DNA of 39,432 nt, taken from NCBI GenBank assembly GCA_963662665.2, contig CAXXJS010000056.1, positions 1 to 39,432 on the forward strand, read 5' to 3'. Shown here piece by piece: positions 28,734 to 36,386 of the stretch (positions within the stretch are counted from its first letter, which is position 1; each line of letters opens with the position of its first letter). Made by a program: the position numbers and the translations under genes. Source of the DNA: Candidatus Latescibacterota bacterium. Its GTDB lineage: Bacteria > Latescibacterota > UBA2968 > GCA-2709665. A model generated the notes under the pieces. That model was not told where the DNA came from. It saw nothing but the letters and a program-made list of their open reading frames with translations, and searched no databases.

Positions 28734-29543
28734 TTATTTCAATAACAGCATCCTTTTGGTGGCCGAGAAACTGCCCGCCTGTATTCGATAAAGATAGATA
28801 CCGCTGGCAACACGGCGGCCCATCGCGTCCGCCCCGTCCCATGTTGCCGAAAACGATCCGGCATCCCTCCGTTCGTTCACCAGTACTCGCACCTCCTGGC
28901 CGAGCAAATTGAATATCGCCAGCCGGACCAGTCCCGCCTCGGGCAGTTGATAGCCGATCACTGTGGAGGGGTTGAACGGGTTGGGCATATTCTGGTTCAG
29001 ATGGAACCGGTCCGGTAGCGGCTTGAGATTGCCGATTTCAGCATGGGCCAATTGGTCGACAGCGCCATCCAGGCCCACCAGCACGCTTTCCGATACCTGA
29101 AAGTCGGACGGCACGGGTGTTCCGCTCGTTCTGAACACAAGCTCGACGAGTTTCCCGCCGCCGCTGGCACCCTGGCCGTCGATCTTCACCGCGCCGATAT
29201 CCACCTGCCCCGGGGTCCGGTTCGAAGACAAAAACAGCGTCTCCTGCCCCGAACCGGACTTCAGCAGATTCCCGTCCAGTTCCGAGGCATTCACGAATTC
29301 GTACTTCGCGGGATCGAACTGCAGGGAAACGCCGTATCCCTTCAGGTCACTGGTCTGCGCCACGGACACGTGCAATTTCAGAACGCCGCTTTCGACGCGC
29401 GGATCATTCACACGTTCCAGCTTCAGCGTTGCATTGGCGTTCCGGCCGCCCGTGACGGTCAATCCGCGGGTCATTTCTCCGGCAAACGCCGTTCCGAACA
29501 ACACAGACCCCGCACAAACGGATGTAATGACGCGAGTCCACAT
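28734..29543 (-). CDS. Anchor protein: cohesin domain + FlgD-Ig/T9SS type-A-like C-terminal sorting domain
   Basis: AAGGAGG RBS; signal peptide; LHVSV…DLKGYGVSLQFDPAKYEFV…GGGKLVELVF (cohesin pattern); LNQNMPNPFNPST.I.YQLP…IFNLLGQEVR.L…WDG…VASGIYLYRI…KRMLLLK. Confidence 0.88.
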   Translation of the reverse strand: MWTRVITSVCAGSVLFGTAFAGEMTRGLTVTGGRNANATLKLERVNDPRVESGVLKLHVSVAQTSDLKGYGVSLQFDPAKYEFVNASELDGNLLKSGSGQETLFLSSNRTPGQVDIGAVKIDGQGASGGGKLVELVFRTSGTPVPSDFQVSESVLVGLDGAVDQLAHAEIGNLKPLPDRFHLNQNMPNPFNPSTVIGYQLPEAGLVRLAIFNLLGQEVRVLVNERRDAGSFSATWDGADAMGRRVASGIYLYRIQAGSFSATKRMLLLK

Positions 29544-29912
29544 ATCTTCCTCCTTAAGTTACGTCACCCGAGCGGTGACGTGGTGAGTGCTGTCGACAGC
29601 GGTCGGCACCGCACCTGCTCCCGAATTCCATCCGCAGGTGTCCAAGCGCGGGTGCATTGGGGCGTATACGTCTCATAGACTTATCAATATCCGCTCTCCT
29701 TCGGTCACAGCTCCACGGAGCTATCGACCGTTGAAAATCCACAATTGGACTGCCAGCGAAGCCTCCGGGTCGTCAGGGTACCGTAGACCACTTTATCTGG
29801 CCGACTATCTCCGCATCGAGGATTCGCAGCGCTTACTCTTCTGGCCGATACAACACAGGAATTCAATATAAGATTCAATTTGGCTTCTGTCCGGAAATAA
29901 TATGAGGCGCGC

Positions 29913-29960
29913 GTGACTATTTGGTGATACTTCTGTTGATATTAGTGATTTTTGGTGATT
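29913..29960. promoter_or_regulatory. Phased GTGA(T) direct repeats in AT-rich DNA upstream of the anchor gene
   Basis: (G/T)TGA at 29913, 29924, 29936, 29945 and 29955; tttggtgat repeats at 29920 and 29951. Confidence 0.35.
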
Positions 29961-30789
29961 ATCGTTTTTTTTTAACCCGATGTATAGAGCGGTTTCGCCG
30001 GAAATTAACCGCAAAGACCTTTCGTCGTTCATATCGGTACCGGCGGAACCCGGAATCGTATCCGCGGACGCCGCTTTGGCGTTTTTTTCAATGTCTTTTA
30101 ACAAGGTCTTTGTCGGAGGCATAGGCGAATCGCGCCGCATCCGCGTCCAATCTGCTTGGAGACTCGAGCAGCGAAAGCGCACAGGTGAACAGCAGCGCTC
30201 GGATTCCCTCCTGAACCCCCGGCGGCGGCAATGGTCGGTCACTAAACGGCTCGCATCCCCTGAAGGTTGGGCGACGATGCACCGTCCGAAGGTATTCAGC
30301 CGCACCTGAGCCGCAGCAGTAGGAATGTGTAGGATGAGGGACTAAAGAGACGACGAGGAAGAGCGAGCCGGGTATTGAGGCTGTACCGCAAGAGAGAAAC
30401 GGAATGGCAAGGAGGAATGAGAGATCGTTAACGAGAGGCTTATAGCGATTTTCGTTCATCGCGTGCCGCATCGGTCGACGTGATTCTGTCTTCAGAGCAA
30501 CGGCCAGCCCTGCGGTCAGCCTCATAACCGATGGCTTGAGTACCATATCCACTCCCTCCCTTTCACCGTCGACAATTGGATCGAAAACATCAGACCTGCG
30601 TCATTCACGTTAATGCAGTCCCGGGCGCGCTCAGACTGTGAGCGGGTTTGAAAGGGTTTACCGATTCCATCTGATGATTCAGGTTGCGGCTGCGTTTCGA
30701 GATGAAATTATCGAGGCAGAAGCCTTGCGAAACCTTCCAGCCAAGAAACAAAGTGGTATTGTCCTGGTACTCTGGCTCCTTTCTTTTAA

Positions 30790-32487
30790 TCTGAATAATT
30801 CACAAAAAAGGTAGTTTCCTTACCCAAGTCATTGTATTATATTATGGTTACGAGAATAACCTGATAACAATGAACCGGGAGGAAACTACCGTGGCAGGTC
30901 AAGATAAACAACAAAGGATGTCTTTCGCAAGTGTTTCTGGCAAACGGGTAGAAGCCACCTTCGACGGGGGCATGCTGACCAGCGACACCGGGGCGATGCT
31001 GCTTCGCGAGGTGGAATCCAGAATCGGCATTTTGTGTCGGATCGTCGAGGCGATAACAGATCGTCGGCATCCAAGTTACGTGGATCACCCGTCGGTGGAC
31101 CTGCTGACTCAGCGTGTCTTTCAGATGGCGTGTGGGTATGAGGATGCGAACGACTGCAATGCGTTGCGTAGTGACCCCGGCTTCAAGGCGGCCTGCGATC
31201 GGTTGCCGGTCACCGGTGCCAACCTGGCCAGTCAACCCACGATGAGTCGGTTCGAGAACCGGATCACCAGAGGTGACTTATATCGTATCGCGAAGGCCTT
31301 TGCCGATGCGTTTATCGCCTCGTATAAGCACCCCCCTGAAGCCATTCTGTTGGATATCGATGACACGGAAGACAAGGTGTATGGATCCCAGCAGTTGTCG
31401 TTATTCAATGCGTATTTCAAGGGCTATTGCTACCAACCCCTGCATATCTATGAAGGGCAAACCGGCAAGTTGATCACGACGGTCTTGCGTCCGGGCCGCC
31501 GACCCACGGGCAAAGAGATCGTGTCGATTCTCAAACGGGTGATCGCCTACCTGCGTAAAGCATGGCCCGATGTCAAGATCCTGTTGCGTGGCGATTCACA
31601 CTTTTCGTGTCCGGAAGTGCACACGATGTGTGACGAAAACGATGTGTTTTTTATCCTCGGACAAGGCGGAAACGCGGTGCTGCTGCGGTTGGCACAGCCC
31701 TTGATGGACCAGGCCAAAGCGCTGTATGCCGATGGGGGAAAACCTGTGCGCCTGTATCGCTGTTGGGACTATCAGGCCGGCAGCTGGTCTTCCCCACGCC
31801 GCATCATCTGCAAGGCAGAAGTCACCCCGCAAGGTCACAATATCCGATTCGTGGTCACCAACCTGAACGGCGCACAACCGTCATTCATCTACAAAACCGC
31901 TTATTGCTCACGCGGCAGGATGGAAAACTTCATCAAGAATCACAAGACCTTTCTGCATTCCGATCGCACCTCTTGCCACACCTTCCACGCCAATCACTTC
32001 CGGCTCTTTCTCCACAGCGCCGCCTATGTGTTGGTGCACGCCCTGGCCCATATCGGGTTGCGCGGCACCACGTGGACGAACGCCCAGTTTAATACGCTGC
32101 AAAACCGCATCTTGAAAGTCGCCGGGCGCGTTTGTGAACTGAAAACCAAAATCACGTTCCATCTGCCAACGGCGTTTCCACTCAAACACCTCTATCGAAC
32201 CATGCTCTACAATCTGGGAACCGCCATGCCATAACGTTTCCATCTGGAACAGGCCGCCTTCACGTCTTGATTGCTACCACCAAAAGCCATGGAGAAGTCT
32301 GTGCTCTTGGCAGTCACAACAAGGTCATCCTGACGCCTCCACGCAACCCTGCTACAAAAATACACCCTGAAATCGCTTGAAAACGCCAGTTCCGCACAGC
32401 CAGCTTTCTCCTGCGTTCTTAGACTCACTCGAAAGCTGCTTCTGCTGCACGAATCTGCAATCCCTGACGATTCATGAATAGGTCAGG
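30790..32487 (+). mobile_element. IS1380-family insertion sequence (1698 bp)
   Basis: Imperfect terminal IRs: tctgaataattcac (left) versus cctgacctattcat (reverse complement of the right end). Flanking TTAA direct repeats at 30786-30789 and 32488-32491. Single transposase ORF. Confidence 0.85.
30891..32234 (+). CDS. IS1380-family DDE transposase
   Basis: FDGG.LTSD.G, QR…GYEDAND…LRSDP, LASQPTMSRFEN, LDIDDT, LRGDS.F, Y..RG.MENFIK, SC..F.AN..RL. GTG at 30891 follows a GGGAGG RBS (the ORF track starts at 30870). Confidence 0.92.
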   Translation: MAGQDKQQRMSFASVSGKRVEATFDGGMLTSDTGAMLLREVESRIGILCRIVEAITDRRHPSYVDHPSVDLLTQRVFQMACGYEDANDCNALRSDPGFKAACDRLPVTGANLASQPTMSRFENRITRGDLYRIAKAFADAFIASYKHPPEAILLDIDDTEDKVYGSQQLSLFNAYFKGYCYQPLHIYEGQTGKLITTVLRPGRRPTGKEIVSILKRVIAYLRKAWPDVKILLRGDSHFSCPEVHTMCDENDVFFILGQGGNAVLLRLAQPLMDQAKALYADGGKPVRLYRCWDYQAGSWSSPRRIICKAEVTPQGHNIRFVVTNLNGAQPSFIYKTAYCSRGRMENFIKNHKTFLHSDRTSCHTFHANHFRLFLHSAAYVLVHALAHIGLRGTTWTNAQFNTLQNRILKVAGRVCELKTKITFHLPTAFPLKHLYRTMLYNLGTAMP

Positions 32488-32718
32488 TTAAAACCGTCAG
32501 CAGAAAATTCGCCGCGACGAACTTGAAACGACCACCCGCGCATGACAAATCGCGAACGGGAGTGAGAACTCATACCAAGTATTATCGACCGAACCGCACC
32601 ATCGTGTCGTATAGACGATATTCCGACGACCGTACGGGGTTTACCAGCCGAGACCTGACTTGCAGATTGCCATTGGCACAACAGTCTGCGTTAAATCACA
32701 TACAAATATCGCGCGGGG

Positions 32719-33309
32719 TCAATCCATAAGGTTTGTCCGGACGTCCTGGACTTGTCCCAGTTTCCAATTTCTGCGATATTTCGTCGGGCTGTTACCGTAT
32801 TTCTCTTTGAAAACCTTGCTGAAGGTCGATAACGACCCGAAGCCGCACAAATAAGCGATTTCCGAAATGGAGGCCGTGGTATTCTTCAGTGCTTCTTCAC
32901 CCTTAGCCACGCGGACGTTCCGCAGACTCTTGCTGAATGACTCGCCCAGATGCTTCTTGAACAACGCATACCCGTAGGACTTGGAGAACCTGAAATAACG
33001 CACGACGTCTTCAAATCTTAAATTGGGATTGCTGTGGTTGTCTTCGAGAAACGACTCCAGGCGGCTCTTCCACAGATCCTGTAAAGGCATATATTTTCTG
33101 ATGTTTGCCAGAAAAACATCCTTATCGATCGGCTTGTCGAATACGCTCATGGTGAACGGCTTGTTCACTCTCTCGCCCAGTTCAAGGGTACCCAGGCTTG
33201 TTACCAGCAGCACTGACGTCCGGATTTCCTCTTCCTTCACGCCCTCCAGAGCGGTCCCGAACCATCCCTGGCACTGGGTAACTGAGATCAGCGTGAAGGA
33301 GATTCTCAT
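32719..33309 (-). CDS. AraC-family transcriptional regulator with a partial or degenerate receiver-like N-terminus
   Basis: SISEIAYLCGFGSLSTFSKVFKEKYGNSPTKYR is the AraC signature. The N-terminal VLLVT…DKPID resembles the second half of a receiver domain. The start position is uncertain. Confidence 0.8.
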   Translation of the reverse strand: MRISFTLISVTQCQGWFGTALEGVKEEEIRTSVLLVTSLGTLELGERVNKPFTMSVFDKPIDKDVFLANIRKYMPLQDLWKSRLESFLEDNHSNPNLRFEDVVRYFRFSKSYGYALFKKHLGESFSKSLRNVRVAKGEEALKNTTASISEIAYLCGFGSLSTFSKVFKEKYGNSPTKYRRNWKLGQVQDVRTNLMD

Positions 33310-33358
33310 ACAGATCCGGCGGTTACGCGGTCGAACCACGCTGTGCGTCCGAGCAGCC

Positions 33359-36076
33359 TTACCGATTGCCAATCTCGGGCAGGGCAACCATCCATTGCCC
33401 ACCCCAGGCTGAGTCGTCCATCTGATGAACACAGCCGACCGACCCGTCCTGGTTCGCCTCCGGCTCGGCGACACGGTAAGTCACGGTCCGCTTGCCGGCC
33501 ACGCCTGACCGGCGGTAAGCCGACAAGCCATCCATCGTCAGCGTCGCCCGGCCCCCGGTGGCTTCCCAGAAATTGAACAGGCTCGAATCGTCTTCGCCAG
33601 CATGAGTGAATGCCTGTACTGCTTCACTCAAATGGTCCAACGTGATTTGCCGAGGCGGGTGCAATGGATCTACGGCCAGGATAAGGGCGGCGCGGAACTG
33701 TCTCTGTGACTGGAGGCTATTGGGCACCCGCGCCCCATGCTCGGCTACGATACGCTCGATGGACCACGTCGAGACCTTCGAGGCCGTGAAGATCTGATTG
33801 CCTGCAGCGTCATAGACCCAATTGCCGGATCCATCCTTCAACCCCGCGCCGTCCTCGGCCACCCATAGATTCGGAACCTCGGAGGGCGGGATCAACCCGG
33901 CGAAATACAGCTCTATCGGGCTGTACGGCACGCCGTTGCCGCCATTGGCGACAAGCCCGAAGTCGCCGGCCGAATACCGGCCGCCGCCGTGATCCACCAG
34001 ATTGGCGCGGTCGAACCCGCCCAACTGCCCGTTGGCGCTGCTGAAACCCCAGTGTCCCCCGGCCGCGGTGGGAATCGTAAAGTTCGCCCACGAATGCAGA
34101 ATCTCGTGGAGGAACGGCCCCCTCGGGAGCGCGGTGTTGTAGGGAAAATGAAGGATAGCGTTCAGCCTGCCCGCCGATCCCAACTCCCGGTTTTTCGAAT
34201 ACATGGACTTGCCCGTACCCTTGACGTCGTTTCGGACTGAGAGATGTATGCCGGCATAGGTATAATGCTCGCTGTCTCCGTATTCCGGGAGATTGGAAAG
34301 GACCATCAGGTAGTCAAAGGCATCTTCGTAGTGGGTGAAGAAGGCCCGGGCGAGCGCATCGAAGTCGATCGGGTCCGTTCTGAGCCGTCCGGGAACGCCC
34401 ATGACAACGATCCGGTCGTCGTGTTTTGCGACAAGGGTGGGCGAATCGTACTCCTCGATGGTCTCGGGATTGGGGTCGGCGTGGAGGTCCACCCCTCTGC
34501 GTTGCAGCGCAGGGACATAGATGGTGTATGAGATGGCGTTCAACGGATTGCCTCTCACGTCAACTTCAGCGCCCTGGGCCAACCCGCTATTTGCCGCCAG
34601 GGGTGAGAGGTCCGCTATCCTGTTGTTGCGAAGAGACAGCCTTGTCAGGTTGTTCAGCCCCGACAGCGGTGACACGTCCAAGACGTTGTTGTCATCAAGT
34701 CGCAGAAATGTCAGGTTGTTCAGCCCGGACAAGGGCGACACGTCTGAGACGTTGTTGTCATCAAGGCCCAGCGATGTCAGGTTGTTCAGCCCCGACAGTG
34801 GCGACACGTCTGAGACGTTGTTGTCATCAAGGCCCAGCTCGGTCAGGTTGTTCAGTGCGGACAGTGGCGACACGTCCGTGATGTTGTTGTAGGTGAGGCG
34901 CAGTGATGCCAGGTTGTTCAACCCTGACAGTGGCGACACATCCGTGATGTTGTTGCCCCATAGATCCAGCGATGTCAGGTTGTTCAGCCGCGACAGCGGC
35001 GACACGTTCGGGATACTGTTGGAATTGAGGCGTAGCGATGCCAGGTTGTTCAGCCGCGACAGCGACGACACGTTCGAGATGTTGTTTTCGGCAAGGTCCA
35101 GCGATGTCAGGTTGTTAAGCCCCGACAGTGGCGACACGTCCGTGATGTTGTTGTGCCATAGATCCAGCGTTACCAGATTGATCAGCCTCGCCAGTGGCGA
35201 CACGTTCGAGATGTTGTTGGAGGTGAGGACCAGCGATGTCAGGTTGTTCAACCCTGACAGTGGCGACACGTCCGTGATGTTGTTGTGCCATAGTTCCAGC
35301 GAAGTCAGGTTGTTCAACCCCGACAGTGGCGACACGTCCATGATGTTGTTTGCGCCAAGGTCCAGCGAAGTCAGGTTGTCCAACCCCGACAGTGGCGACA
35401 CGTCCCGGATGTTGTTATCGGCAAGGTCCAGCGAAGTCAGGTTGCTCAACCCCGACAATGGCGACACGTCCGTGATGTTGTTGTGACGAAGCATCAGTCT
35501 ACTCAGGTTATTCAACCCCGCCAACGGCGACACGTCCCGGATGTTGTGGCCGAAAAGGACCAGAATTTCCAGGTTCACAGCTGTCTCCAACCCGGCCAAA
35601 TCGCTGATGCCTTTTTCAGAGCCACCGAAATGCCGCAATGTCGCCATTTCAGCCTGGGTGATCGTCTCACCTGTCGCCTTGCCCAATGCATCCTCGATCG
35701 CTGCCCGCAGATTGGCGTCAGGGATTACTACGACCGGGGAGGGGACTTCCTTACCGAAGTTTTCCGCAAAGATCAGCAAGTCCGCAAACCCGATCTCGGC
35801 ATCGTTGTTGAGATCGTACTGAGCGTCAAATCCGTCATCGCCCTGTCCCAGGCCGTACTTTGCGGCGAACTTCACGAAGTCGCTGAAACCAACGGTCCCG
35901 TCGCCGTCGAAGTCCGGCAGAGTCGAGGTGTCATTGCCAACGGTATCATCCGTGATCGCGTGTGCTGCCGAGGCAACGTCAACATCGTCTGATCCGGCGC
36001 CAATAGCAACGTGACACACGAATGCCAGCAGCGCCGCGGTAGCGATGCATTTTATCCCGTTCCTGGGAACTATCAT
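33359..36076 (-). CDS. Secreted protein: N-terminal class-A dockerin, internalin-type LRR array, HEXXH Zn-metalloprotease-like domain
   Basis: GGAGG RBS; signal peptide; DFDGDGTVGFSDF…DLNNDAEIGFADL; IPDANLRAAI cap; about 15 22-aa LRRs; HEILHSW (34094-34108) followed by GHWG. Confidence 0.9.
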   Translation of the reverse strand: MIVPRNGIKCIATAALLAFVCHVAIGAGSDDVDVASAAHAITDDTVGNDTSTLPDFDGDGTVGFSDFVKFAAKYGLGQGDDGFDAQYDLNNDAEIGFADLLIFAENFGKEVPSPVVVIPDANLRAAIEDALGKATGETITQAEMATLRHFGGSEKGISDLAGLETAVNLEILVLFGHNIRDVSPLAGLNNLSRLMLRHNNITDVSPLSGLSNLTSLDLADNNIRDVSPLSGLDNLTSLDLGANNIMDVSPLSGLNNLTSLELWHNNITDVSPLSGLNNLTSLVLTSNNISNVSPLARLINLVTLDLWHNNITDVSPLSGLNNLTSLDLAENNISNVSSLSRLNNLASLRLNSNSIPNVSPLSRLNNLTSLDLWGNNITDVSPLSGLNNLASLRLTYNNITDVSPLSALNNLTELGLDDNNVSDVSPLSGLNNLTSLGLDDNNVSDVSPLSGLNNLTFLRLDDNNVLDVSPLSGLNNLTRLSLRNNRIADLSPLAANSGLAQGAEVDVRGNPLNAISYTIYVPALQRRGVDLHADPNPETIEEYDSPTLVAKHDDRIVVMGVPGRLRTDPIDFDALARAFFTHYEDAFDYLMVLSNLPEYGDSEHYTYAGIHLSVRNDVKGTGKSMYSKNRELGSAGRLNAILHFPYNTALPRGPFLHEILHSWANFTIPTAAGGHWGFSSANGQLGGFDRANLVDHGGGRYSAGDFGLVANGGNGVPYSPIELYFAGLIPPSEVPNLWVAEDGAGLKDGSGNWVYDAAGNQIFTASKVSTWSIERIVAEHGARVPNSLQSQRQFRAALILAVDPLHPPRQITLDHLSEAVQAFTHAGEDDSSLFNFWEATGGRATLTMDGLSAYRRSGVAGKRTVTYRVAEPEANQDGSVGCVHQMDDSAWGGQWMVALPEIGNR
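34600..35580 (-). repeat. About 15 tandem 66-bp LRR-coding repeats
   Basis: Recurring plus-strand unit gtcaggttgttca.cccgacagtggcgacacgtc..gatgttgtt; protein LNNLTSLxLxxNNI.DVSPLSG. Confidence 0.9.
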
Positions 36077-36386
36077 CCACGCCCTCCTGCATTGACACCG
36101 CGGTTCGTTTCAGGCCAATTCAATCTCACTGATCACTAGAAGCCCACGCCTGCGGTGGCTATGCGATAACCAGCGCCGGCGGTTTAAAGCGCGTGGACAG
36201 TACTGTCGCATTTCGCGACGCAAGGACCCATACTGCACCGCTTATCTGGAGGCGCGTATCCCCTTTGCTGCGAAACACGAGTTCACCTTGCGAAAGTCAC
36301 GGCCGTGGGGGCCGGGCGACGCCGTCGTTCCGGAGCGAGCGGTTGGCGCCGGTTCCGGCCAACCCGCGGCCACAGTCTTGCCGGAA

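Noticed and set aside
1-29543. Integron cassette array (long run of co-oriented genes)
   Set aside because: No integrase and no recurring attC-like (RYYYAAC…GTTRRRY) structures were seen between genes.
29740-29830. Possible c-di-GMP-type riboswitch upstream of the anchor gene
   Set aside because: Only loose fragments of the motif are visible. An Infernal/Rfam scan would be needed to support it.
30088-30552. 154-aa minus-strand ORF with a purine-rich RBS-like sequence
   Set aside because: No recognisable motif and atypical composition; it may be a decayed gene but cannot be supported.
34600-35580. Possible CRISPR array (66-bp period)
   Set aside because: The repeats are in-frame LRR codons inside an ORF, with no unique spacers and no cas genes.
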